64,000 nt of DNA from Microcoleus sp. (GCA_042408215.1 JAYFMW010000005.1:256001-320000); one strand, 5' to 3'; shown: positions 31,158 through 41,865, counted from the first letter of the stretch. Numbers and translations are program-made. Notes: generated by a model not told the origin, from the sequence alone.

Positions 31158-32271
31158 TTAATTTTCGACCAACTGATTTTCCTGGCGGAGGTAAGCTTGA
31201 ATAAACGGGTCTAATTCGCCATTCATCACATCGGCGATCGCCGTTGTTTCCACTCCAGTCCGCACATCCTTAACCATTTGATAGGGGTGAAAAACATAAT
31301 TACGAATTTGCTGGCCCCAAGCCGCCTCTACCATGTCGCCCCGAATTTCGGCAATTTCCGAAGCCCGCTGTTCTTTTGCAATCACCAATAGCCTAGATTT
31401 GAGTAATGCCAGAGCTTTTTCCTTATTTTGCAACTGACTGCGTTCCTCAGTACAGCGCACGGCCAAACCAGTAGGAAGGTGAACGATGCGGACTGCGGTT
31501 TCTACCTTGTTAACATTTTGCCCGCCCTTGCCGCCTGCGCGGGAAGTAGTGACTTCTAAATCCTTTTCTGGGATGTCCAACTGTACGGAGCGATCGAGAA
31601 TTGGCATCACTTCGACACCGGCAAAACTGGTTTGACGCTTGTCGTTAGCATTGAAAGGCGAAATTCTGACCAAGCGGTGAGTGCCTTTTTCCGATCGCAA
31701 ATAACCGTAAGCATAGCGACCGGCAATTTCCAAAGTCACAGATTTAATACCCGCTTCCTCTCCCTCAGAGATTTCGGTTAAATGTACTTTATAACCTTGA
31801 CTTTCTCCCCAGCGCGTGTACATCCGCAGTAGCATTTCTGCCCAATCTTGAGCATCAGTACCACCCGCACCGGCGTTAATAGTCAAAACGGCTCCGCCTT
31901 CGTCGTAGGGTCCCGATAGTAATTGTTGCAGTTCCCACTGGTCGAGGTCGCGAGTTAACTGAGAAAGGCTGGATGTGGCTTCTTGAAACAAGGATTCGTC
32001 TGCGTCTAGCTCTAGCAATTCTAAGATAGCTCTAGCGTCTTCCAAGCTTGCTTGCCAATGGTGGTATTGGTCTAAGTGAGATTTGAGGTCATTAAGTTCT
32101 TGGAGGGTTTCTTGGGCTTGGTTTTGGTCGTCCCAAAAAGCTGGTTGAGCGGCAATTTGCTCTAAGTCTTGGATTTTTGCGGATAGTGCGGGGATGTCAA
32201 AGATAGTCCTGAGTTTTACCCAGGCGATCGCACAATGTTTCGATATCGCGTTTGATGTCTAGAATTTCCAC
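31158..32271 (-). CDS. prfB: peptide chain release factor 2 with programmed +1 frameshift
   Basis: GTG at 32271, 24 codons to CTT-TGA-C (32196-32202), continuing in +1 to the SPF and GGQ motifs. Confidence 0.95.
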
Positions 32272-32637
32272 TGTTAGTCCTCGTGGTTTTGGAGTGTTTT
32301 GTTTATTATAGCTTAAATTTGGATATTTCAACAAAATGTTATTGCTTCTTCCTGATTAGATATACTGCCAACCCGTTGAATGACAAATTTTACTACCTAT
32401 AAAATTAAACATGAAGCGAGCTGAACATCTGAGTATTTGCGATCGCAAGGAATCGATCCCGATCGCCAGCCTGAATCGTGACATTCGATCGGCTTCACCG
32501 CATTCTTCCTTGTAACTAATGACCAATGACTAATGAGTGGGGAATGGTTCATGGGGAATCGGGAATGGGGAATGAGGCATTGGAATTAACACAAAGAACC
32601 AATGACTAATGACCAATGACTACTGACTAATGACTTC

Positions 32638-33360
32638 TTAAATATACTGCGAACCAGTGGCATTGAAAGTTTTACCACATTCGTGAGCGCAAACATCCAA
32701 TCTTTTAGAACAGGAAAAACTTGCTGTGAGGTCTTCGCGAAACCAATCACTTGTTAGCGCATCTTTCACAGATTTAGTTTTGAGAGAATTAAATTCCTTT
32801 CCGTACTTTGCAATTAAAGCCAGCATTTGCGGTCTGTAAGTGTCCTTAGAAACAGCGTATTTAGTATGACTTATACCAATTTAATGGGTCGTTGCATATA
32901 TCTCGATCCCCCTCGCATCCCCCTGAATAAGGGAGTAGGGTGTGAGTAGGGGTTGACGAAAGAGCAGAATCTTGTTCCCCCCTTATTAAGGGGGGTTATA
33001 CCAATTTAATGGGTCGTTGCATATATCTCGATCCCCCTCGCATCCCCCTGAATAAGGGAGTAGGGTGTGAGTAGGGGTTGACGAAAGAGCAGAATCTTGT
33101 TCCCCCCTTATTAAGGGGGGTTAGGGGGGATCAGATTCTACGGGGCCTCATAAAAAACTGGTATTACCCAACAACAGGGCCAAAGTTCCGCTTCAAAGCT
33201 AATGAAAATATCTTTGCTGGCTTGAGTTTGACAGCTAATTTCTACATTGCGGTAGTAATTGTTTAGGCCACCGTAGGTTTCTACAACTTTGAGAAATTCG
33301 CCTCCCTGTGGATTTTGATATTGTTCCAACGATGGGGGTTGGAGTTCTTTGCTGGCTGGC
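32638..33360 (-). pseudogene. radical SAM/SPASM-like C-terminal fragment interrupted by a MITE, preceded by a TPR-like fragment
   Basis: Removing the MITE joins ...ISCQ..IFISFEAELWPCCWV-SHTKY...DWF...RLDVCAHECG in frame; RNLAQVLTQLGQPEKANYAWYQAIAI lies upstream at about 33400-33490. Confidence 0.65.
32874..33164. mobile_element. TA-MITE with an internal tandem duplication of about 126 bp
   Basis: TA|TACCAATTT...AAACTGGTAT|TA; the left part repeats from about 32997. Confidence 0.9.
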
Positions 33361-33510
33361 TTTGATGGGACAGACTGAGTTGGTTCTGGGTGCTTGAGAG
33401 GTTTCGATAGCTATAGCTTGATACCAAGCGTAATTTGCTTTTTCTGGTTGTCCCAACTGCGTCAACACTTGAGCTAAATTGCGATCGGCACGAATGATAA
33501 CATGACGATT

Positions 33511-34120
33511 GTCGGGGCGGGTTTGACCAACAATCATCGCCATAAACCAACAATCTCATCAACCCGCCCCCACCCAACCAAAAATCCGTACATTTTTTCC
33601 ATCTAATAAAATGTAAGGTTGAGGTAGGTAATCCGCTTATAACATGATTGTAGGGGCGGGTTTTACTAACAATCATCGCCAGAAACCAACAATTTAATCA
33701 ACCCGCCCCCACCCAACCAAAAATCCGTACATTTTTTGCAGCTAATACAGCAGATTGCAGGTTTATGAAGTACACCCGCCTATCGATTAATCCCCCTAGG
33801 GACACGGCATTGCGTGTCCCTACAGCACTTCATAAACCTGGGATACGCTGTAAAATGTAAGGTTGATGTAGGTGAGCCGCTTATAACATGATTGTAGGGC
33901 GGGTTTGACCAACAATCATCGCCAGAAACCAACAATCTCATCAACCCGCCCCCACCCAACCAAAAATCCGTACATTTTTTGCAGCTAATACAGCAGATTG
34001 CAGGTTTATGAAGTACACCCGCCTATCGTTCAATCCCCCTAGGGACACGGCAATGCCGTGTCCCTACAGCACTTCATAAACCTGGGATACGCTGTAAAAT
34101 TTAAGGTTGATGTAGGTGAG
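33511..34120. repeat. three tandem units of about 140 bp; units 2 and 3 carry a nested MITE of about 100 bp
   Basis: Each unit has the GGGCGGGTTT...AACCCGCCC hairpin and ccaaccaaaaatccgtacatttttt; the insert CAGCAG..gtttatgaagt...cttcataaac..CGCTG lies between TA dinucleotides. Confidence 0.9.
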
Positions 34121-34290
34121 TCCAAGCGTACCTCATTGAACAGAGAAGGGCTATATATGAAAGAAAATAATTATGAAATACGATGTAGGTACTCCGCTGT
34201 GTGGGGGCGGGTTTTCGAGATAGTGAGTTGCCGACATAAATGGTTGGTAAAACCCGCCCATAGGAGAAATATATATGAAAGCAAATAATT

Positions 34291-34812
34291 ATGAAATACG
34301 ATGTTAGCCCCCGCAGGTGTTACTGGAAGAGTTGCACTTTTACAAAAAGTTTATTTCTGTGCCTAATTGCTGTTTCTGCTTGGCTTCTTGCCTTATCCCC
34401 ACAGCAATCTGTGGCTGCATTCCCCCAGCAGCTTCTGTGCCCCACGGGCGACGTTGCCAACTTCCCAGCACCTCCGCTTTCGCAAACTCAAAAGAGTGTT
34501 CCGAGTCTGTGGCGGGCTCAAAAAGAATTTGGTGGAAAATTACTCGATCGCTGGTTTGTCGATCCGAGCGATACTTGGGTAGTTCTGATAGTCAACCGCC
34601 AACTTTGGAGTTTACTCGACTATATGGAACGGTATCAGTTTGTCAACCGCTTCGGTAATGTTGCCAACGAATATGGATACAATATGCGAGTGTGTAACCG
34701 TCAAGGCAATGCTTTGGCTGTTTACTCTTGCAATTCCTCTAGACTAAGCTGTCGCATCGATTTAGAATCAGTATCAAATCCGGGTATTCAAAGAAGGCAA
34801 AAGCTATTTTAG
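34291..34812 (+). CDS. secreted hypothetical protein
   Basis: Signal-like N-terminus; PSLW..KEFGGKLL..VNRQLWSLLDYMERYQFVNRFG. Confidence 0.8.
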   Translation: MKYDVSPRRCYWKSCTFTKSLFLCLIAVSAWLLALSPQQSVAAFPQQLLCPTGDVANFPAPPLSQTQKSVPSLWRAQKEFGGKLLDRWFVDPSDTWVVLIVNRQLWSLLDYMERYQFVNRFGNVANEYGYNMRVCNRQGNALAVYSCNSSRLSCRIDLESVSNPGIQRRQKLF

Positions 34813-34829
34813 AATCATCCTAATATTAC

Positions 34830-34951
34830 TCGTTCCCCAGCTCTGACTGGGAATGCCTTTCACTCTTGCTCTGTCTCCATTAAAATGAGCCAGTAATTGG
34901 GAGGAAGCAGAGCCGAAGGATATTCATTACCAGGCGGAGCCTGGTAACGAG
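34830..34951. repeat. inverted REP-like doublet between convergent genes
   Basis: ctcgttccccagctctgactgggaatg ... cattaccaggcggagcctggtaacgag. Confidence 0.75.
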
Positions 34952-34975
34952 AAACAAGGGGATTTTACCCCTACT

Positions 34976-36085
34976 TTAACTCTTAACTACTTGCCGCATT
35001 TCTTGCCAGTGCGATCGATATTGTGCAATTCCAGCATCCCCAAAAGGCAGCATAAACTCGCTCCGATCAAGAATCTTGGCATCCGGCAACAATAAAGGAT
35101 TAGTGCGAACATCTGCCGGCAAATCCTCCTGTTTCATGCCGACAATTATCGGCGAACTAGCCTTACTCAGCAAAGACAATTGAGGAGCAATCGCAGGTTG
35201 TAAACAAAAATCAATCCATTTTTCTACTAAAGGCACTTGATTTCCCGACGCTGGTTCTACCCACAAATCTGTCCAAAGTGCCGTTCCAGAAACGGGAATT
35301 ACCACGGCAATATCCTTCTGAGTTTGCAACAATGGCAGCACATCACCAGAGGAACCGACAGCCAACCAAGTATCGCCTAAAATCAAAGGTTGTAGATAAG
35401 AGTCGGAACTATAAAGTTTAACTTGCTGATGTAATTTGGTGAGTTCTTCTTTGAGATTGGGAACTTTATCTAACTGCTGGGTATTGTAAGATTTACCTAA
35501 TTTTTTCAAAGTTAAACCAATAACTTCTCTAGCATTGTCTGGTAGAGAAATACGATCGCGCAATTCCTCACGCCACAGGTCGCTCCAATCTTTGGGAGTC
35601 CACCCCAAAGCCTTAAATTTGTCAGTTCGATAAGCAATTACTGTATTTCCCCAGCGGTAAGGTACACCCCAAACTTTACCTTTGGCATCTAACAAACCCC
35701 GATCGTTTCTCGTTACCAATTTTCGCCATCTTTCGGGCAATTTTGACCAATTAGAAAACTTCGCTGCTTCGATTGGCTTAATCAATTTTTGTCGAATTGC
35801 CAAAGTTAGCCAGTAATCTCCTAGCATCACCAAGTCAGCTTGATTTTTTGTTTCGGGAAGCCGTTTCCAATCCTGCAAAAGGGCGAACAATTCTTGTAAT
35901 TGCCATGACTGCGTTACCTGCAAAACCGGAGACGGCTTTAACTCCCGGCTAAACTTACTTACCAGTTGGGCTGGAACAGCATTTTTGAGCGATCGAATTT
36001 TTAGAGTTGGCTTCGAGTCGCACCCAGCCGCCAATTGACTTAAAGTTAGGGTAGCTGCCCCCAGTAGCAAAGACCTTCGTTTCAC
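34976..36085 (-). CDS. ABC transporter solute-binding protein (PotD/PotF-like)
   Basis: RRSLL signal with lipobox-like AAGC, VPYRWG, DWSDLW, GTALWTDLW. Confidence 0.88.
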   Translation of the reverse strand: MKRRSLLLGAATLTLSQLAAGCDSKPTLKIRSLKNAVPAQLVSKFSRELKPSPVLQVTQSWQLQELFALLQDWKRLPETKNQADLVMLGDYWLTLAIRQKLIKPIEAAKFSNWSKLPERWRKLVTRNDRGLLDAKGKVWGVPYRWGNTVIAYRTDKFKALGWTPKDWSDLWREELRDRISLPDNAREVIGLTLKKLGKSYNTQQLDKVPNLKEELTKLHQQVKLYSSDSYLQPLILGDTWLAVGSSGDVLPLLQTQKDIAVVIPVSGTALWTDLWVEPASGNQVPLVEKWIDFCLQPAIAPQLSLLSKASSPIIVGMKQEDLPADVRTNPLLLPDAKILDRSEFMLPFGDAGIAQYRSHWQEMRQVVKS

Positions 36086-36852
36086 TTGATCTGATGTGCT
36101 TTTCTCAATATTGACCGATCGTACTCAACTTACCATTGATCCACCCACTTCTGCCTTTTTGCCATCCCCTTCCCTTCCATTTGACCTAGTTTTGCCTCCT
36201 GTCGAGCGATCGACCAAATCTGTGTTATATTTCTTAAGATGTATCCCCAATAACAGAGTGCAGTCATCCCCCGCTCCTTCGACTCGCCCATCAAATCGAT
36301 CAGGTCGATCTAAAATGTAGCGAAAAAAGTAAATAAACTACTAGGCATATAGCAACCTTCGGGCGCGGTTAGGAGGTTTTGAATTGCTGAAACCATTGAT
36401 TTTATTGCTTCTGACTTCTGCGTTCTTCCTTCTGACTTGAACATCTGCTATAAATGCGATCGAACACAGACCAAGGGAGAACGGGAGCAGCGGAAACGCT
36501 CTGATGATTATTCCACATTTCGACTACGCTCAATGCACCGCAAAATCGGTTAAATACTAAGAGAGAAATGCACGACAACTTAATAGGTAAAAACGGATAA
36601 ATGTATCGATTTGAGATTTGAGATTTGAGATTTGAGATTTGACCCCAGGGATAAATCTGTTCGCAGGTCGATCGGATACCACTTTTTTTATTTGTGGACA
36701 GATGAATCCGGGAGCTTGTAACCCAATTGCTTTCGGTCAGGATTGAGGACACAACATAAGCCTCAAAAATTAAATAATTTAGTGATAAATCCCAGTTGTG
36801 CAAACCGTTGCCTAAAATAAAAGATCTAAATTAGGACACAAAGGATGATTGT

Positions 36853-37248
36853 ATGGAAGCACTCCGACAACAAGTTACAGCATTGACTCAACAAGTCGAG
36901 GCCCTCTACAAACTCATAGAAAACCTGAATGCAAAGCTACTGGAGTCAGCCAACGAGACTAAGCTAGCCCAGCAGCATAAAGACTGCTCCCGAAAGGAAG
37001 GAACTGACAAAACCTCCCCCTATCCAAGCTACAGAAGTCTCGACGCGATGCTGGAACACAAAGACATACTCTTAGATGACGGCTACTTCGACAAGAATTA
37101 TCAAAGCCTGGAAAAAGAGCTGACAGCAGATATTCAAATCCAGCGTCTCACAGCTCAGTTAACAGCAGCTTACAATCGAATTGCCGCCTTGGAAGAACAG
37201 TTGCTGGCCAAAAGAATGCACTCGCAACAGGTAGGTGGCTCTAATTAA
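36853..37248 (+). CDS. conserved cyanobacterial coiled-coil hypothetical protein
   Basis: LEHKDIL...QIQRLTAQLTAAYNRIAALEEQLL; AAGGA RBS. Confidence 0.85.
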   Translation: MEALRQQVTALTQQVEALYKLIENLNAKLLESANETKLAQQHKDCSRKEGTDKTSPYPSYRSLDAMLEHKDILLDDGYFDKNYQSLEKELTADIQIQRLTAQLTAAYNRIAALEEQLLAKRMHSQQVGGSN

Positions 37249-37341
37249 ACATGACTACCGGGGAGGGGGCATTAATTCTGGAAGAAATATAAGTTACGTT
37301 TATTTCTGCAACAGCGCGTCTGAAATTTTAATTTTTAATTT

Positions 37342-38448
37342 CTAATATTTAATTTCACACCGATCGGCTAATGCTTCAACTGCTTGGAGGAGTTGAGTAG
37401 GACTCCAATTTGCAGCGAGCCCGCTGGCGATCGCACAACTTCCGGCGCCCACCCCTTCCTTTACAAATCCGCGATCGTAAGCTTGCAATTGGGGGTAGCG
37501 AGACCCAGCAAAACTTAGCTGTGCCGCCAACAGAGGCACCGCGCCGACCTCACGAGCGAGTCCTACCGTGTCCCCTGTCGGGTCTTGGGCCACCCAGCAG
37601 GTAGTCCCCACCACGACTTGTTCGGGACACCATACAAGAGCATATTCGCGGGCGATCGCCTCCATCAAAGCGTACACTGCCAGCATCTGGGTGCCGCCAG
37701 CTAGCATCACGCCGCAAGTTCGACTCGCGGCGATCGCCATTCCCGCCGTTACTACCTGCATCGGATCGCCCACCAGCGCTATAAGTTCCAGAGGAGACAT
37801 TTTTTCTCCTCCAATTTCCCAGCCAGCCATCTGCAATCCCGCTGTCACCGCGGCCAATTTTTGAGCATGATTGCACTGAGGATGAGAACTATTAACCTTC
37901 CCCGCCGCCGCGATCCCCAAACCCATTAATACCGCCAAAGCAGTAGTCGTTCCCCCAACTACGCACTCCCCTAAAATTAAATAGCTACCATTAGTTAAAG
38001 CCGCCAATTTATCTCCCCAAATTAACCCTTGTTCCAGCAAATGTTTGACTGTTTCGAGTTCTAAAGCATTCCCAGAAGTGAGACACTTGGCGGGGGTGCC
38101 ACCCAAATCGATCGCAGGTACGGGAGGTGGGAGGGGCAAACCAGCATTAAATAGGTAACAAGGAATATCCAAAGCCTCGACTACAGCGCGAGATATGAGT
38201 ACCGGGGAAGCACCAGCTTGTAGAGGCGGTAAAGGATATTGGGGATGATTTTGGGGGCCATTATACAAAAATTCTGCATCGGCCAAACAAGTAAATTGGC
38301 GATCGTGCGGCGTTGCTCCTGCTGCTGAAATACCCGGAATCAAGCCAGTATCTGTAAATCCTAAAATGCAAGCAAATATCGGTTTTCTTCCCCGATAGCG
38401 TTCCAGCCACCGCTGGCCCTGTTCGATTTGCGTATAAATACCAATCAT
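37342..38448 (-). CDS. cobT: nicotinate mononucleotide-dependent phosphoribosyltransferase
   Basis: IPGISAAG, GECVVGGTTTAL, LAGGTQM, GFVKEGVGAG. Confidence 0.92.
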   Translation of the reverse strand: MIGIYTQIEQGQRWLERYRGRKPIFACILGFTDTGLIPGISAAGATPHDRQFTCLADAEFLYNGPQNHPQYPLPPLQAGASPVLISRAVVEALDIPCYLFNAGLPLPPPVPAIDLGGTPAKCLTSGNALELETVKHLLEQGLIWGDKLAALTNGSYLILGECVVGGTTTALAVLMGLGIAAAGKVNSSHPQCNHAQKLAAVTAGLQMAGWEIGGEKMSPLELIALVGDPMQVVTAGMAIAASRTCGVMLAGGTQMLAVYALMEAIAREYALVWCPEQVVVGTTCWVAQDPTGDTVGLAREVGAVPLLAAQLSFAGSRYPQLQAYDRGFVKEGVGAGSCAIASGLAANWSPTQLLQAVEALADRCEIKY

Positions 38449-38450
38449 AA

Positions 38451-38887
38451 TTAGTCAGTAGTCATTAGTCAGTAGTCAGTAGTCAGTAGTCAGTAGTCAG
38501 TAGTCATTAGTCAGTAGTCAGTAGTCAGTAGTCAGTAGTCATTAGTCAGTAGTCAGTAGTCATTAGTCATTAGTCAGTAGTCAGTAGTCAGTAGTCAGTA
38601 GTCAGTAGTCAGTAGTCAGTAGTCAGTAGTCAGTAGTCAGTAGTCAGTAGTCAGTAGTCAGTAGTCAGTAGTCAGTAGTCAGTAGTCAGTAGTCAGTAGT
38701 CAGTAGTCAGTAGTCATTAGTCATTAGTCATTAGTCATTGGTTGTTGGTTGTTGGTTATTGGTTATTGGTTATTGGTTATTGGTTATTGGTTGTTGGTTG
38801 TTGGTTATTGGTTATTGGTTATTGGTTATTTGTTAAAGGCCCCAATTCCCAATTCCCAATTCCCAATTCCCAATTCCCAATTCCCAA
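38451..38887. repeat. long compound heptamer array (TAGTCAG)n/(TTGGTTA)n/(CCCAATT)n
   Basis: Direct reading. Confidence 0.97.
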
Positions 38888-38904
38888 TCACAAATAACTT
38901 ATAA

Positions 38905-39660
38905 CTATTCTTCGTAATCAATCAAAACTTGCACCCAGTTTGGCGGGCGCGGAATTGGATTTCCCAAACGATCTAACAGCAGCAAAGCCACTAAATGCAC
39001 CACAAATAAATAGATAATATTGTTGACCAAAATCATCGCGGCGGCGATCGCCCCAATGGCGCTCAAACTCGGCACACTCAGCCAGCCCAGCTTCACAAAC
39101 ACCCATTCCACCATCTCTGTAACTTGCGCGGTTACGTAAACCCAGAGATCTTGACCCACCAAAGCTGACAGCAGCCAAAACCGAAAAAAGAAGCCAATGG
39201 TGCCAATCAGCGCACCCACACTAATAGAAACAGACCAACTCGCTTTGCGCCGCCAAAGTCCTCCCAGCGCAACTCCCATAATTCCAAAAGGCATTACATA
39301 TAAAATGCTGCGCGTCGGGCCCATGAGTACCGACAGCAGCAAACCGGAAACTAAAGCTGACATCCAAGCAGCGCGGTTCCCCCAGCGCAGGTAGACAAGG
39401 GCGATCGGCACCGGGAAAAAAACCCGCAGCAAAGGGCCTAGTGGAAAGTAATAATTTACTAGCCAAATCAAGCTAGCGGTACTTGCCAAAAATGCCGTTT
39501 CCACGAGCCTCAAAGAGTCTGACTCCGTAGCGTTTGTGGGGGAATTTGGATTTGTGCGATCGGCTGAGCAAGCTGAAATAGCGGCGGCTTCCCCCCGATC
39601 GTTGGTACTGGGTGAACTGCTCGAATTAGACGGGGAATCTGCTGACAAGAAATTACTCAT
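38905..39660 (-). CDS. DUF2232 family membrane protein
   Basis: LVETAFLAST, LLSVLMGPTRS; multiple TM helices. Confidence 0.88.
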   Translation of the reverse strand: MSNFLSADSPSNSSSSPSTNDRGEAAAISACSADRTNPNSPTNATESDSLRLVETAFLASTASLIWLVNYYFPLGPLLRVFFPVPIALVYLRWGNRAAWMSALVSGLLLSVLMGPTRSILYVMPFGIMGVALGGLWRRKASWSVSISVGALIGTIGFFFRFWLLSALVGQDLWVYVTAQVTEMVEWVFVKLGWLSVPSLSAIGAIAAAMILVNNIIYLFVVHLVALLLLDRLGNPIPRPPNWVQVLIDYEE

Positions 39661-39713
39661 CCGATTTTAGATTTTAGATCTGAGATTTGAGATTGGCAAA
39701 CTGCTGGCTGTTA

Positions 39714-39878
39714 TACCAATTTAATGGGTCGTTGCATATATCTCGATCCCCCTCGCATCCCCCTTAATCAGGGAGTAGGGTGTGAGTAGGGGTTGACGAA
39801 AGAGCAGAATCTTGTTCCCCCCTTATTAAGGGGGGTTAGGGGGGATCAGATTCTACGGGGCCTCATAAAAAACTGGTA
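39714..39878. mobile_element. 165-bp TA-MITE
   Basis: TA|TACCAATTT...AAACTGGTAT|TA, near-identical to the 32.9-33.2 kb copy. Confidence 0.92.
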
Positions 39879-39946
39879 TTAGCGGTAATTTCTCTGTTTT
39901 TTTGACATGAACCGCTAACAGTCGCAGCAGCCCGATCGATGAAACA

Positions 39947-40447
39947 CTATTCTTTTTCCTCCTTAACTTCCTGAATCACAAAAACCGAGCAAGATGCGTG
40001 GTGAACTACGTAATTGCTAACGCTGCCGAGAAAAGCTTCTGCCAGCCCCGTGCGGCCGCGCCTCCCCAATACTATTAAATCAGCGCCCCAATTTTGGGAA
40101 TATTCACAGATACAATGCCCCGGATCGCCGTCGATTTTAGAATCAAATTCTACCTGTAATCCCTGCTTTGCTGCTGCGTCGCAGTAATTTTGCAGCAAAC
40201 CCTCAGCCTGTTTTATATCCCTTTCCATCCGCAAACTTTGAGCTTGATAAGCTTGATCCATTAACTGCACATTCATGCCCAAATCTACCGGAATTGGCAC
40301 TGCTGACTCGCCCAGGGAGTGGATAGTAACGCAGTGAAATAGCATCACAGAAGCTTGATTAGCCAGAGCTAACTCTAAAGTTTGGCTGAAGACGCGGTGG
40401 CCCAGTTCCGAATCATCTACAGCAGCGAAAATTTTCTTAAAACTCAC
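39947..40447 (-). CDS. universal stress protein
   Basis: GGAGGT RBS and GTG at 40447; FKKIFAAVD...ADLIVLGRRG...LGSVSNYVVHHA. Confidence 0.92.
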   Translation of the reverse strand: MSFKKIFAAVDDSELGHRVFSQTLELALANQASVMLFHCVTIHSLGESAVPIPVDLGMNVQLMDQAYQAQSLRMERDIKQAEGLLQNYCDAAAKQGLQVEFDSKIDGDPGHCICEYSQNWGADLIVLGRRGRTGLAEAFLGSVSNYVVHHASCSVFVIQEVKEEKE

Positions 40448-40590
40448 AGTTTTACCTCCGTAAAAAATATTAAAAACAGTTAACAGAGAGTGCTTTTGGA
40501 ACTTTGACCGTCGTTCATCTATCTTCCCCCTTGGAGACTCCCACTGTACCTGTACCCTGGTCAGTGGCGAGAGGAAAAGGGGGGCAAGGT

Positions 40591-41862
40591 TTATGCTGCA
40601 TACGAATAACCATCCTTTCGGTGAACAACTGAACAATATTTGTGACTAATTCCCGATACCAATTCGGATGCGGAAATATTGAATGAACCACTCGTTCTAA
40701 CGGCAACACGCCCAACGTATTTACCAATTTTTTTGCCGGAGGTTACAATCGCTTTAACGATATCTCCCGTTTGAAAGCCTTTGACAAATTTAAACCTGGG
40801 GACATAGCAAGATGGAAATCCAAACTTGTCAGTGCGGCACATTTGACCTGTCCCATGCCCAGTCGCTTTAATTAACAATGGCTTGTTTGTCACAACTTTC
40901 AGCGACTCAACTTTTCCAACACAGGCTGCATCTAACCAGTGAGTTTTAGCTAAATTCAATCGAGTGCGGTTGAACTTTGTTAGGCCACCACTGCCAGTAT
41001 AAACTGGTAATCCAGTCATGCGGAGTCGATTAAATAATGCCCAACGAGTCGAATTGACTGCTGCTGCATCTTTTAACGGACGATGAGCTTGAGATAGAAT
41101 CCGCTTCAAAATCTCTGGCTTTTTAGAGAGGAATTGCTCAATACTTTGAGTCCCTTTCCGAGTATTACAATTTTCGCAAGCAAGGCAAAGGTTAGAAATG
41201 CGATCGCTGCCACCTTTAGCTTTGGGATGAATATGTTCAATTTGCAAAGGTACATTTTCAACACCGCAATAAGCGCATTTCCTGTCCCATTTGTTCAATA
41301 GATATTCCCGAACTTCGTAGCCAGCTAATTCTCCTTGCTGATATTCAACGCCTGAGATTTCGGGATTTTCTAGTTGTTGTAAGTCAAATCTTACTAATTC
41401 TTGAACAATTGAACCAATGGGTGCGAGTCGGATAAATTTGTTAACCCAACTTAGGGTTGTTTCTACTCGATGTTGTAAGGATGGTGCTAACCAACCCTTT
41501 TGTCGGGTGCGATTGAAAAACCTCGCTTGACGATAACGAGTGTGACGATTTCTCCTACCTCTACGCAATGAACGGCGAGACTCCAAACTGGCTTTAATTG
41601 TTTGACCTCGGTGAGTTAATTCTGCACCAAAAATTACGTCCTCTCCTTGCACTAATGCGATTCCCGTAGTCTTAGAGCCTGGGTCTATTTTAAGAGTGAT
41701 TGATTTTTGGGTTGCTGTCACCTCTACTTTGAGAATTAGCGTGAACGGATACCTTTTGAAAACAGCAGCTTTGCCATTGTTTAGCAATTTACGAGCCAAT
41801 CCCGGTCGGATTGGATTGAGCGGTTGTTTTCTGGTATCAAGTACAAAAACAAAATTAGACAT
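40591..41862 (-). CDS. iscB: RNA-guided endonuclease IscB
   Basis: PLNP (PLMP domain), RuvC-I IDPGSKTTG, Arg-rich bridge helix, RuvC-II ELVRFD, HNH CAYC..EHIHPK..N..C..CN, RuvC-III HWLDA. Confidence 0.95.
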   Translation of the reverse strand: MSNFVFVLDTRKQPLNPIRPGLARKLLNNGKAAVFKRYPFTLILKVEVTATQKSITLKIDPGSKTTGIALVQGEDVIFGAELTHRGQTIKASLESRRSLRRGRRNRHTRYRQARFFNRTRQKGWLAPSLQHRVETTLSWVNKFIRLAPIGSIVQELVRFDLQQLENPEISGVEYQQGELAGYEVREYLLNKWDRKCAYCGVENVPLQIEHIHPKAKGGSDRISNLCLACENCNTRKGTQSIEQFLSKKPEILKRILSQAHRPLKDAAAVNSTRWALFNRLRMTGLPVYTGSGGLTKFNRTRLNLAKTHWLDAACVGKVESLKVVTNKPLLIKATGHGTGQMCRTDKFGFPSCYVPRFKFVKGFQTGDIVKAIVTSGKKIGKYVGRVAVRTSGSFNISASELVSGISHKYCSVVHRKDGYSYAA

Positions 41863-41865
41863 TTC

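Noticed and set aside
33511..34120. Possible CRISPR array
   Set aside because: Units are 140-240 bp and the inter-hairpin sequences are themselves repeated; there are no unique spacers and no cas genes
36096..36803. ORFs 36096-36320 and 36402-36803
   Set aside because: Intergenic region with dispersed and heptamer repeats (NLKSQIS); no recognisable protein features
40448..40636. N-terminal extension of the universal stress protein in the ORF track
   Set aside because: It runs through the iscB element end; an RBS and GTG at 40447 give a normal-size USP
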